DNA of 64,000 nucleotides from Cyanophora paradoxa CCMP329. Lineage: Eukaryota; Plantae; Glaucophyta. Positions 1 through 11,927 of this stretch are shown here, in pieces. The translations under genes and the position numbers were made by a program. Within the stretch, counting starts at the first letter, position 1; each line of letters begins with the position of its first letter. The notes under the pieces are model-generated. The model ran no database searches and was not told where the DNA came from. It worked only from the letters and a program-made list of their open reading frames with translations. The DNA is taken from NCBI GenBank assembly GCA_004431415.1, contig QPMI01000517.1, forward strand, positions 62,001 through 126,000. The letters run 5' to 3'.

Positions 1-46
1 GTATACGTATCTCATGCTGCAGCCCTTTAATTAATAAATCTGTCAG

Positions 47-620
47 ATGTGTGAGCTTCGCCCGAGGCACGGACCTGGAGACGGTCAAGCTCATCGAGGC
101 TGCCCTGAGTCTCAGGGGCTTGAAGGTGCGTGATCGCGCATTCGGAGCGAGCTGCCGGGCGCCCGGAATATGTTTAATAGCGCTCACACCAGTGCAGGTT
201 TGGTACGACACGGAGCCTGCTTCAGCAGACGGGACTCTGGACAACTTTGTTCAGTGAGCCATGCATATGTGTATGCCTTGAGTCCACCAGCCTCCTTGAC
301 ATTCTTCGTACAGGAAGCAGAAAGTCGCGGCAGGAATCGAGGGGGGAGAATGCTTCGTTGTAATTGTAACGCCATGTGCGCATTGAATCTTTTCTTCGGG
401 TGCCTGCGTGTCTTGTCCGAGTCCGACGGTCTCCTCTCCAGCTTGGTTTTCCTCTCCGGCGTGCCTGCAGGAGCTGGATCACGCCGTGTGGCTCGAGAAG
501 AACATCATTGCCGTCTGCCACAGCGACCGCTCTGTCTCTGATATCGCCGCGGCTGCGCTCGGCACTAGCTCGGGAAAATTGGACTTCTCGAAGGCGCTCC
601 ACATTTTCTCTCGCGAGAAG
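47..620 (+). CDS. TIR domain 1 of copy 1 (spliced)
   Basis: Exons read CVSFARGTDLETVKLIEAALSLRGLK|VWYD...|KQKVAAGIEGGECFVVIVTP...|ELDHAVWLEKNIIAV, following the TIR_2 pattern. Confidence 0.7.
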
Positions 621-878
621 TCAATTCGAATGCCGCAGCTCACGGGTTTGTACTTTCCTTGCTTGAAAACTTTTGATTTACAGCGCGCGCCGTTTCTGTG
701 CGATATGTATTTGATTCGTGTTGCAGGCGAATCATTCTCGAAAGCCATTGTTGAGCTAGCGGGGGCCATCCGTCCCCATGGCACCAGTGTTGTCGAACCA
801 GATGCAAACACGCCGATCAAACAAGTATGGTTTCTTTTACAACTAGAACTCTAGAACTCTCGACTCACCTGAACACAG

Positions 879-1559
879 CTTGACGTGATGATAAGCTACC
901 GTCGCAAGCAAACCGACGGTGTGCATACGCTTCAGACTCCGGGCTCTCTGATTTCTTCCGAGCTCCCGCCCTAGCTACATAAATCTCCGTAAACATCCTT
1001 TATTTCCCGGCAGAGATGAACGTCATTTGCCGCCTGCTTGAGTCAATGGGGCTGTCGATGTGGGTGGACGTCAACAGTGAGAACGGTTCGCTTTCGCGAT
1101 CACTGAGCCACAAATCTTCTCATATGCATGATCATCTGCAACTTTTCCTGAGTCGTTGTGCAGGCATTTTGAAGGGGGTTCAGTGGGGCAAGGCCAGTGC
1201 GTCACGAATTTCTTCCTTATGACTTGAAATAGCATTTGAGGTAATCACGCTGGGGGGCTGCTCGCAGTTGCGGGGGCTATCAAAGGCTGCTCTGTAACCC
1301 TCATTCTGCTCACGCCTGATTGGCTTGAGTCGCCGTATTGCCTTGACGGTGCGATTTCGAATTCTCTCTGATATCGCCATTTAAATTATATCTGATTTCG
1401 CCTGACCGATCGCTTTGCAGAGTTTGAGTACGCCATGGCTCAGAGGTGCGGTCTACGTTGTACCTCCGCACGAACCGGACATCGCCTGATCTTCTCCATC
1501 GCTTATAATTAGGAAGCGAATTGTGGTCGTTGAACTCCAGGAAATCCCACCCATCCCGG
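879..1559 (+). CDS. TIR domain 2 of copy 1 (spliced)
   Basis: GT-AG splicing gives LDVMISYRRKQTDEMNVICRLLESMGLSMWVDVNSILKGVQWGKAIAGAIKGCSVTLILLTPDWLESPYCLDEFEYAMAQRKRIVVVEL, with the CxxE catalytic motif present. Confidence 0.85.
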
Positions 1560-1996
1560 TGTTGAGCTAGAAATCCCCCATTCCGGTGCCCTAGGGGTGG
1601 CACGGGATTCTAGACAACAGGTTTATAGAGTGACTCTGACCTGCAGTGAGTGCAAGACCGGCCCCAGCGTGATGCAGGTTCAGCAGTATGACAGTACTCG
1701 TAGATTTGATCCGACAGAGTTTCACTACTCTAGTCTCTCTACTAGGCCGATCTCCGGGAATGGCAAAATCCCCTAAACACGCACGCGCCGGGCTCCTAAA
1801 GCCCTCACGCTGTCCGTCCGAAGCTCTCATGATCAGATCATATGATCCGATCAGACGGCTCAGACATATGAAAAGCGAGCCACTGGATTCGAACCCGAGT
1901 CTCTAAATACGCCGAAGCGAACTGCCGGAATTGAACCCGGGTCTCTACGAACGGCAAATTCTAAGGCTGCAGCCGCCTAAGATTTCGCCCGCGACA
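1560..1996 (-). repeat. 3' LTR (437 bp)
   Basis: Direct repeat of 6189-6625 (offset 4629), with identical ORF-track translations. Confidence 0.95.
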
Positions 1997-4004
1997 TTCG
2001 TCGCAGCAGAGAAAAGCCGTCCTCGGCGCCTGCTACCCCGCCCGCGACGTTCGTCGCAGCAAAATGCGAGGCCTAGCGTATGTAAACGTAAATCAGGTCC
2101 TGAAACCTCAGTACCACGAAGAGGTCAGGCCAGAAAATATGGATACGAAATCCGACACTGAAGGCTGCAAAAGCAAAGCCCTCTGAGAACCTCGGAAATG
2201 CTGCGTGCGAAATTCAGAAGACGTATATAATGAAAAGTGGCCGAGGCGTTCTAACGCCCTGACGGCCCTAGCAGCACGAAGGCTGCACTAACTCTAGCAG
2301 CACGAAGGCTGCACTACCTATAGCCAAATCAGAGAAAATCAGAAACCGGCAGAATATAACTATAGCTAAAGCTGCACATGTAGAGCTCAGAGAATATTTT
2401 CGAAGCTCACTGAGTCATGTACAAGCTAAACGCAACGATATGAAATCGCGATCACGATCAATATTCTAAAATAAGAATATCGAGATATCGATCGGAAATC
2501 GAACAGCTCAAGCTGCGTACTGCTGCTTGGCTGCGAGCTCGAGCTCGAATCGCTGCAGATGTTGCCTCACTCGCCGCGCGCTGCGGCTGATATGTACACG
2601 ATTTTGTACAAATGCTTCGAGCTCCAGCTGCGGCTGCCATGAAGAACGCCGACAGCTGCATACATACGCGTTGCAAATACGAGAAACGCAAGTATATATG
2701 ATGAGAGGTCGCTGCAAGGTGCGGCCATGCTTGAACCAGCATCGCCAGCACGACTCTCTCGACGAGGGCAGTCTTGATTTGGGAATGACAGCGCCCTCGT
2801 GGACTTGCCGTGGACGTTGGCCTTGCAGACGCCGCTGCTCCTTCAACGTCGGCGAAGTCTGGCCCCTCCGGCCTGCGTCTGAATCTGTAGATGGCGAGAA
2901 AACGAGGAAGCCCTGTACATCCAAACGCGGGCGCCGCCGCGATGAGTACTTCCAAAATTTCCGCTCGTGATCTCTGAACCGCCTCACAAGATCCTCCGCT
3001 GTTCGACCCGAGAAGTAAATTGCGGCCGGACGCACAGCTAAGGTGACGGTTGCTGTGTGCCCGCCGGCGGTAGGTGCAGTTGCACGTCGAGTCCGAAGAC
3101 CCAGAAGGTCCGCCGGGGATGCTCTATCCTCCGCCGGGTCAGAGGCACGAGGGAGACGGTGTCCAGTCTCCATAGCCAACAGATGGTTAAGGGCGTCCCC
3201 CGCTCCACCTGAGGCGAGACGGTGTCCAGTCTCAACCAAGTCCCCTCCTTGATTCCGAGAACGACAAAGGCCGGTTCCATCCGACTATGGGAGGTGCGCT
3301 TGCCTTGTCGTCCTGTTTCTTGTCAGTCAAGCCCGCTCCTCCCGAGACGGACTGCATCTCGACGACGCCGCGTCGAGACACGCTTGACTTGAGTGTAGTA
3401 ACCCCGCGGCGACGATAACGCTGAGCTCGCGTCCGTCTGATGCAGGGCCGATTCCGGTCTCGTCGGTTGGGTGTCAACCGGTCCAATGCTGTCCTGAGCG
3501 CCCTCCTGTCACGAGCAGGTCCGCGCCTCGAGCGAGACTTCGGGCATCCCACCCTCCACGGTTGTCCTCCCGCTCACGACTGTCCACAGCGCCCTCCTGG
3601 GTTCTTCCCATCCTGGCCAGGGCCTGGGCAGGTCCGCGCCTCGGTCGTGAACGCCGGTTCACCGGATCGGAGCGACGCCTTCTTCAAAATTTACGAATTC
3701 ACGAATTCGAAGTCCGACCAGACCAATTGCAAGCTCCTGGTCATGATCATGATCGAGTCAAGGTCAATCCAGACCTTCAATGTCAGAAGAAAGGCCGTCG
3801 CTGTCGCAGGTGCGCGCAGTCCAGCACCGCGAAGCTGCCACCGCTCCACCCACAACTTGAGAAGTGCAGCTGAAAATTACAAGTATACGCCACCACGTCG
3901 CAGGGACCACACCCCTCTTCGCGACGATATAAATCCTCATTCCTCCTCCGCTGGTCTTTTAATTCGCTTCACAGGCGGAGACCGAACCGCCATGGCGTAT
4001 ACTT

Positions 4005-5174
4005 TCACTTCGCGCCCGCCAGACTGCCGGAGCTCCGATATTTCTCGAGCTCCTGCTGACAGGCTGAATATTGCATTTGCAGCTGGTTCAACTCCCGTTG
4101 AAGTCGCTTGCTGCAGACGGCAGTGTTGTGCGAGCCGCTCTTGCATTCATCGCACCAACGAGGTTGTCCACCGCCCTGACTTGAATTTAACTTCAGCTTC
4201 TTGCTGTCGGGCTCGTCGACGTCGTCCTCCTCGAGGCGATGACGATCAGGGAAGGCGGAAAGTTGAGCAACAGGAGCTCTTGCCGCTGCAGTAGAAAATG
4301 GATTGCCAGTGCTTGCTTGCTGCAATCGAATCTCGAGCGCGTTGCGCGACCGAACTCGACCGAAGAATTCGCGACTCCACTCCGCCAGATTATTTCTGGA
4401 GCCCTCCGGAATTTTACTCGTGAGCTTGATCATTGACGGTGAAGTGATCGAATCCGACGACATTATTTCCGCGATCAACATCTCGTCGGAGAACGAATCT
4501 TGAAGCTGCAGTAGACGACGAAGAATAACAACATTATTTATAAAAACTTGCGCATCCAGCTCAGAGTGATTTTCCAGCGCAGAGAATCGACGTCCCGCCG
4601 TCTTGATAGTATTCTTCAGAAGCTCGAATTTGTTGCCAGGTACCAAGCCGAGCAGGTGCTCACGAATTTGTGCCCACGACGTCATGTTCAAGTCGCCGTT
4701 GCCCGACTTCGTAGTCATGACACCCAGCACAGCCGTCGAGAAGGATCCATGCAACGGGTCACTTGTCGAGCGCTGCAGCGAAGACAGTGCAAGCTCTGCC
4801 AACGTCTTGTCGGGTTCTGTGTATGTCGGAGGCCGGATACAAATTGTTAAACGTTCCAGCGACTCGACCCACGACAGTACACCCGTATTAGTCAAAGGAG
4901 GAATTTTCTCCTTGAATTCTCGCAGCTCGTGGTGACGTGCTTGCGTGTCCAGGTTGCCAGTTAACGCGTCCAGTGCGTTCTTCAACGTGTTCTCGACTGC
5001 AGCAAAGGCTACCGCTGCCGGGGCCGCAACAGGCGCCGGAGCTGGTACCGGTGGTGCAACTGGAGCCGGAGGCGGAGCTGGCGCAGGCGCAGGAGCAGGC
5101 ACTTGCGCTCCATGGCCAGCCGCCCCGTGGCCGCCGCGTTGGCCGCCGCCCCTGCCCCGTGTACTCGGAGCCAT
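4005..5174 (-). CDS. gag: Gag-like protein with CCHC zinc knuckle (389 aa)
   Basis: CDECKSGSHNTAVC = Cx2Cx4Hx4C. Pro/Ala-rich N-terminus and helical capsid-like middle. Located between the LTRs. Confidence 0.85.
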   Translation of the reverse strand: MAPSTRGRGGGQRGGHGAAGHGAQVPAPAPAPAPPPAPVAPPVPAPAPVAAPAAVAFAAVENTLKNALDALTGNLDTQARHHELREFKEKIPPLTNTGVLSWVESLERLTICIRPPTYTEPDKTLAELALSSLQRSTSDPLHGSFSTAVLGVMTTKSGNGDLNMTSWAQIREHLLGLVPGNKFELLKNTIKTAGRRFSALENHSELDAQVFINNVVILRRLLQLQDSFSDEMLIAEIMSSDSITSPSMIKLTSKIPEGSRNNLAEWSREFFGRVRSRNALEIRLQQASTGNPFSTAAARAPVAQLSAFPDRHRLEEDDVDEPDSKKLKLNSSQGGGQPRWCDECKSGSHNTAVCSKRLQRELNQLQMQYSACQQELEKYRSSGSLAGAK

Positions 5175-6173
5175 GGAGAACTTGAGCTAGACACGTCCGC
5201 CCGCCGCTCGATACCGCGCGCCGTGGTACTAGTGTAGGCCCGCGCGCCCCTCGACTCCGAATAGTTTATTCAGACGTCGACTCGTGTGCCCGTTCAGTCG
5301 CAGACGAGGCTTGAGAGTTGCGAGTTCACTTGCGACAGCACTAGCTCCACTAGTACAGAAGCCTAAGTGTGCTCGGCCTCGCAGCGAAGCGCCGGCCGTT
5401 CTTGCCGAGCCGCGAGAGTTGCCCACGATCGAACGCCCGCGGCCTCCCCGCGGCCGCGCCGCGCGCAGCCTCCCCGCCGGTGCGCCGCCGTGCACGCTCC
5501 GCGACACGCGCCGGCGCCGCGCGCCGCGACTCCCGATCGCGCGCCCGCCGATGCGCCGCCCACGGCCGGCGCGCACGCACTCGCAGGTTCCCGGCCGCAG
5601 GTCCGCCGGCCGGCGCGCACCCTCAGGGCCTGGTTCCGGATCCGGCGCTTCGGATCCGGCCCGCGGCCCGCGGCGCTCCGCGGATCCGGATCCCGCGCGA
5701 GGTGCAGCGCCGCGCCGCGCCGACGAGCCGCCGATCTACAACCCGGTCTGCAGTGCAGACGCTGCGACGAGCGAGCGGCGATCAGCCCTGCGACGCGCGC
5801 GTGGCGCCTAGATCTAGAGCCTCGGAGCTAGCCCGGCTAGCCGCGACGTCGACGTTGTCGCTAATGGCGCCCGGCGGCCGGCATGCGCGCGCTAGCGACA
5901 CCGGGTCCGGAGCCCAGCGCTAGCCCCGGTCGCGACCCAGGACGGATTGCAAAGGGGTGTATACGCATCTTTAAGCAACGCGTAGGCGCGATGGCGCTGG
6001 CGGCAGCGTCCGCTCACCCGCGATAGGTTGCGCCGAGCGGGAAGGGGTTGGACGAATGCGCGAAACGGTTCTGGTCAGCGCACGGCGACTTCTGCAGGCA
6101 CAGCGACTATGCGCATCAAAAGAACGCGAGGCGAAGCTCGCTCGGCCAGCTCGCAGAGCCAGCGTTCGCGTTT

Positions 6174-6185
6174 GAGCAGCCCCCA
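6174..6185 (-). other. Putative primer-binding site (TGGGGGCT..., tRNA-Pro-like)
   Basis: The - strand reads ACT-TGGGGGCTGCTC just after the 5' LTR. Only about 8 nt match the canonical tRNA-Pro PBS. Confidence 0.5.
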
Positions 6186-6188
6186 AGT

Positions 6189-6625
6189 TGTTGAGCTAGA
6201 AATCCCCCATTCCGGTGCCCTAGGGGTGGCACGGGATTCTAGACAACAGGTTTATAGAGTGACTCTGACCTGCAGTGAGTGCAAGACCGGCCCCAGCGTG
6301 ATGCAGGTTCAGCAGTATGACAGTACTCGTAGATTTGATCCGACAGAGTTTCACTACTCTAGTCTCTCTACTAGGCCGATCTCCGGGAATGGCAAAATCC
6401 CCTAAACACGCACGCGCCGGGCTCCTAAAGCCCTCACGCTGTCCGTCCGAAGCTCTCATGATCAGATCATATGATCCGATCAGACGGCTCAGACATATGA
6501 AAAGCGAGCCACTGGATTCGAACCCGAGTCTCTAAATACGCCGAAGCGAACTGCCGGAATTGAACCCGGGTCTCTACGAACGGCAAATTCTAAGGCTGCA
6601 GCCGCCTAAGATTTCGCCCGCGACA
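6189..6625 (-). repeat. 5' LTR (437 bp)
   Basis: Direct repeat of 1560-1996. Confidence 0.95.
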
Positions 6626-7663
6626 CCGGACGATCCGCCTCCCGACGCCACGCCCAATCAGAAGTCCATGTTTCGGTAAGAGCTCCTGGGGTTCCAGGGG
6701 CTGCAAATTTTAAAATCGGCGGCGATTGATCGAATTGCTGATCATATGCATGGCGTCTGCTTTCTCGCAGGCGCAAGAAAATGTGCCTTGCACAGATCAA
6801 CTCTTGGCAGAAAATTTCTTTTCATGGCCTCTTGGGAATGCATGAGGCATCTCTCAAGGAGGCCCTTGAAAACCCTTCCTTTGCAAGCAAGGTCGAGGAA
6901 ATCAGCGCTGCTCTCCGAGTCCGCCATCCTTTAATTTTGCAATGTCTATAAGCATAAACTGCGCTCATGATCAACATTCGACAGTTCGATGCCGATGTCG
7001 CGCGACTTCACACGCAGCTCAGTCTCCGCGCGGATCGGTACAAGCAGTGCGCCCTTTTAGTTCGGAGCTCTCAGGCGCATTTAAACCGTGCACGCGCTGC
7101 AGGGCGCTTGGATTCCAGGTCGAGGATCGGTGGATGAATGAAGAGGACATCAAATTAAAAGGGGTGCGCGGTGTAACCTCCCCCGGTCCCCCCCCCCCCG
7201 GCCCCCTTGGCTGAAATCAGTTAACGTTTATCTCTAAAGATATCCAAGGAGAACAAGAAGAAGGCTGAGGCGTTCCTTCTGTATGGCTGGGCGCTGGAGG
7301 AGGCGGTTGATTGGCTGAAGAAGGAGGGCAAGCTAAGTCACAACGAGACCTGGCTGGAGCGCATTGTGTCTTTTTTCTCAAAGGCTCGTCCGAAGACTTT
7401 TCTCTGCTCATGCAATGTGCAGTAGTTGAATCTTAGATTGACATTTTCCCAGAATTCCAAGAGAGATTTTGGAAAGGAAACGAAGTCGCGATCGCAGGAC
7501 GAGAACCAGAAACCGGTCGCGCAAGCAAAGGAGAAGAAATCGTTCTTGGAGCCTTCAATCGAGCACATTGTGAGCGACTGCATTGAAAATATTAATGTCC
7601 TGCGGGCAAGTTTGGTTTTGACTGCGACCGCGACTGCAGATTCTGGTCAAGCATAGCGTGCAG

Positions 7664-7847
7664 GAGGCGACACGATCGAAGAAAATTAAGTTTACTATCT
7701 TCTCCGTCATTGCAGTTGGTCTGAATCCCGCATTCTGATCTCCTGGCTGGCTATATATAGCTAAGGCTTCGCTCAGTGCTTCTTGCTGTGGCGGTGGCTG
7801 CTGCCGTTGCCGCTAGCATCGCGGTCGGCCAGAGGGCTGAGGCAGAG
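7664..7847 (+). CDS. Transmembrane helix exons of copy 1
   Basis: Exons 7664-7718 + 7777-7847 give EATRSKKIKFTIFSVIAVVLLAVAVAAAVAASIAVGQRAEAE. Confidence 0.8.
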
Positions 7848-7902
7848 GTGAGTGTGCAATGCACGGCATCGATATATATGCTGCATGCTTATGCTGCGCG
7901 CA

Positions 7903-8540
7903 GCAAGCATCAAAGCGCGCGATGGAGTCGGCCTTGCTGGCTTCGCAAAACGAAAAGCTCGCAACGGAGGCTGCCTTGCGGGCGTCAGAGAACGAGAAGC
8001 GCGCAACAGAGGCTGCCCAGCGGGCTTCAGAGAACGAAAAGCGCGCTACGGAAGCTGCGGATCGTGCGTCAAAGAACGAAAAACTGGCAAAGGACAACGA
8101 GCTATTGGCGCTGACTAACGAGCGAACTGCAAGCCTTCTTGCAGCAAATTTAACGATCGCGGTGTGCTTTTTCTGTCTTTAATTTACGATCGCGAGTTCG
8201 GCTTGCAGCTGCAGGCGCAGTACTCATTTGAATTCCCGTCGTCTACAGCTTCAGCAGGTCAACAGCTCACTTCTACTAGCGGAGCAGCGGCGGGCGGAAG
8301 CAGAGGCCGCAAACAGTCGTACATCTGCAGCGCTGGTGCTTGCAGAGCAGCGTCGTGCAGAAGCCGAATCAGCAAACAACAGAACGGCGATCGCTCTGGC
8401 CTCGGAATCTGTGGCTCTAGCAAAGAGTAAAGAGGACCAGCAGGCTGCAGTCACAGCGCGGAACGCAGCCCTGGAGGCGCTTGCCGAAGCCGTCGATCGA
8501 GCTGTCATCACTGCGGCACTCAGCAACACAAACCCTGAGA
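7903..8540 (+). CDS. Coiled-coil repeat exons of copy 1
   Basis: 14-aa repeats ASENEKRATEAA.. and LAEQRRAEAE repeats. Confidence 0.7.
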
Positions 8541-11370
8541 CGGTCCGCAACTGTATACGAACATGTTATTAAATTGGTGCGGGTGTTTCGCTGACGTCCA
8601 CTGCGCGTGTCGCCAGTCCCTACTGTTTGCCTTGCAAGCTGTGACCTCAACCGAAACGTCCACGAATCCGTTGCTGAAGCTTATTGCTGAGAACACTCTC
8701 CGGAGTCTCATCGAGACTTCTTCCGGCCAGTTCATCTTCACAAGCAGCAGCTCTGCAGCTGGATCCGTAAAGCGTCAGCGTCGACGCGCACTTGCAGCGC
8801 GCCCTGACGAATTCGAACTCAGTGCCAGTACTACCATGGCCATGCATCACCACTCGCGGAGCACTCTCGCCGATCCAGAGGACCTGGTTTGGCCGGCGGC
8901 CGATGAGCCAATCGTGTACTTCCGGCAGTCCAACAATTTCGTGGACTTCCAAGTGCTCCCGTCTAAAGCTCCTTGCAATGAAAGGCGTGCTGATCCTGTG
9001 CACGCACGGACGCAGGTGTTCTCGGCCCAATCTCCAGATGCGCAGCGCGCGTACACACTTGTGGCCGCCGCCGGAATTGTCGCGCCCACTTTCGATTCCC
9101 CGATCGCTGAGGGGTTCGCCCGTCGCCCCTCGGAAGTTTTCCAGGTTTGTCACCTCATGCTCAATTACTTGATTGTCCCGTCTATGCTTGCGATTAGAGC
9201 TCTTGCAATTAGGTGAAAATTCTCGCAAGCGTCTTTGATGCGTCAATGTCTCTCGTGTACACTGTGCGGGACACGCTTCTCTCAACCTCCAACAAAGTGC
9301 GTTCTATCTTGTTCATTCGCGATCGTTCGCTGGTGCGCGGCTTGCCATTGATTGCGAGCAAACAGACGTCTTACTGGGCGGCATATATCTCTGCGATGCG
9401 ATTCTTTGTAGACGCGACAGGGAGCGTTATATAATTATCCTTCACGTCAGGTATGTGGGCGTTTTTTCCATGAATTGAAATAGCTTCACCTAATTTTTAA
9501 TTGTCGATTAGAGAACTTGGATTTGAAGAATTCGTTTGTACTGCGGTAAGTGAAGCTCGCGTAATATTGGTTTTTCGGCCCTTTGGCATGATCTTTTGTC
9601 TGCATGCGCAGCCGCTGTTCTCGCAGCCATCCAAAGGATGCCTTCCCCGCACAACGGGAATCGCGATTCTTTACGAAAGGACCCGCCCACGGGCGCGTGG
9701 TGCGCAACAGCGCAAGCGCTAGCTACCGCAGATAAGGAAAGTCTAGCTTGAGAGCTGATTGCCATATTCAGGTTGTCTGAACCCGCAAAACGACGGCGCA
9801 TACCTTCTGAGCGTTCATGACGTTATTGTTGGTACGAAGCATAAGCCCCGCCGTCTCATATAAATATAGACGATTCTGAACAGTTTGTGCGCAGCGGAGA
9901 AGTTCAATGCCTTCTTGACGAGGGAGAGTTCGACAGGTCATTGAGACTAAGCCAGCTGCAGGCTCAGATCACTAGACGACCCATCTGCCAAGCTTGAGCT
10001 AACATGTATACATATTTCATCACCAGGTTGGAAGGGGTGGTCCGAAACAAGAATCGTGCACTGTACGCGAAAATAGATTCGCGGAACCATAGAGACATAC
10101 ATTGACTCAGTGTGCAGCGGATATTGGGTTCAGCGACCCCAACCCTCTGAAAACGAACATGAAGCTTAATCACGTCTTGCGAATCTACCGGCACGGCACC
10201 TTCTCAACTCAATTAGCGGACAGCGGCGTTCACCAGGCTTTTCTGCCGTCTTCGCCAGATGTCTGCCACTTCTGGCACTCTTCATACGTTCCAGCCGTTT
10301 TGGGTAGCACCGATCACGATTATCAGCACGAAGCATCGTACCCCGCGCCGGGCCTGTCGATTTTCTCACAGCAGAGCTGCACAACGGGCGACGATACCTA
10401 CATTGCTCTTGCGTTGAAGACGAGCTTCCTTTTTGTGAAAGTGCAGGTGCCGATTTAATTTGCTTAGATTTAGAGTTGATCATGAGAGAATGCTGTTAAC
10501 GTTCGGAACTGAACTTGGCTTTTTAGGACTTGGCGGAGGCGCCTCGAGAGAGCTTGCAGATCTCTGGTGGCGCTTCCCGCTGGATCGAGATATCCGTGCC
10601 GCTTGAAAGCCCACAAAATCCTTGGTATGGGGTGTACACGGCCGGCAAATTCCCGACCGAGCTGTACTATCGAGGCTGCACGGATCCTGGAGGCCTGGGT
10701 GGGTGCATGTACTATTCGACCCTGCTTGTTCGACACAGTTATGGGTAAGTAGGGTCGGAACTTATTCACTCTCGGTTCGATTTCGTATCGTCCGACAGTC
10801 TTCCTTCTGCAGGTACTCGGACCTTGTCGTTGCGGAAGACTGCTCTGCAATCGCTGGAGTTGTACGACAAGACAGAAGGATGGATGCGAACCCGATGATC
10901 AGCACCGCCAGCTTTTTCTTCAGGTCCGCTCGACGAATACATTTTACAGCGCACGTGCACTTGACTAACGCGCTGTACTGCTTAGCATCACCGTTCCGCT
11001 TCCGCTCGCCTCTGCGACTGTCGCATTCAACAGCTACGGGAACATCGACGGGGGGAACTTTGCTTCGATGAGTCCCTTCTCAACCAAAACCCGAATCAAA
11101 GGCGTCGAAGTAGCTCAAGCGAGCGCATACCTTTTCACAAAGTGAGCGATGCATCCTTAGCCAAGCTGAGCATCTATTCAATCGAAATTCCGCAGACGAG
11201 TGAACCCGCGATTCACCAACGACGTAAGCTCAATACTTTTCGCCATCAAATGATGTTATTAACTTCAAGAGCAGCCTAAAGAGAACTACTTTGCCTCGGA
11301 TCCCAGTAAGAACAATCATTTGTTTGACTTGGCAAGCACGTCATTCGCGTGCGCAGATTTAGTGCTGGTC

Positions 11371-11798
11371 AAAAAATGAGAGAGGACCTGATTCTGTGGC
11401 CCACCCCTCTTCACCACCCTCACCTCTCCGAACCCACCCCAACCCACCCAATCCAGCGTCTTCCCAGCCATCACTCTCGCCAACCCTTCCGCTACGTCTA
11501 CCGCCCTTCTCTCCCTCTGGTCTACCTCCCCTTCCATCCAGCAACCACTAGGTAGTATCTAACGTCTACTCCAATCGATCTTGCAAAAGATATAGCAGTG
11601 ATTTGAGACGGGCCCCCAACGCGACGGTCTGCAGAGATAGCTTAATCAGCAGCTAGGCGTTAATACTGTGTTCTTCCTATCTAAATAGCGGAGAGGTTTC
11701 CAGGTTCTAGCTAGACGATAAAACTATATAATCGAAGCTGATTGCATATGCGAGTTTAGGTTCTAGTTAGTCAATAATACTGTGTGGATGATAGCGCC
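11371..11798 (+). repeat. Left terminal inverted repeat (428 bp)
   Basis: Reverse complement of 22097-22524. Starts AAAAAATGAGAGAGG. Confidence 0.95.
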
Positions 11799-11927
11799 GG
11801 TCTTTGAATCACCAAAGGGTCACCGCAATTGAGGTTTCTCTTATTTTGTCTTAAAGAGATCCCTTTCCAATATTGCTATGTGAAGTTGCGTTTGGAACAA
11901 GCAAAAAAATTGTGATATATACTTCCA

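Larger units (their letters stand above)
1560..6625 (-). mobile_element. Non-autonomous (gag-only) LTR retrotransposon
   Basis: 437-bp direct repeats with TG...CA ends. 4-bp TSD CCGG (1556-1559 / 6626-6629). Gag ORF on the - strand. No PR/RT/RH/IN motifs were found. Confidence 0.92.

Noticed and set aside
1917-1992. Functional tRNA gene
   Set aside because: A T-arm/B-box and acceptor-like pairing are present, but there are no canonical D and anticodon arms. Reported as tRNA-like only.
3440-4294. 284-aa + strand ORF
   Set aside because: It is antisense to gag, has no motifs and has non-coding-like composition.
5229-5923. Several overlapping 100-180 aa ORFs
   Set aside because: They are Arg/Ala/Pro-rich shadow ORFs in the GC-rich 5' leader of the LTR element.
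11316-11555. Small ORFs duplicated at 22344-22588
   Set aside because: They are simply translations of the viral terminal inverted repeats.
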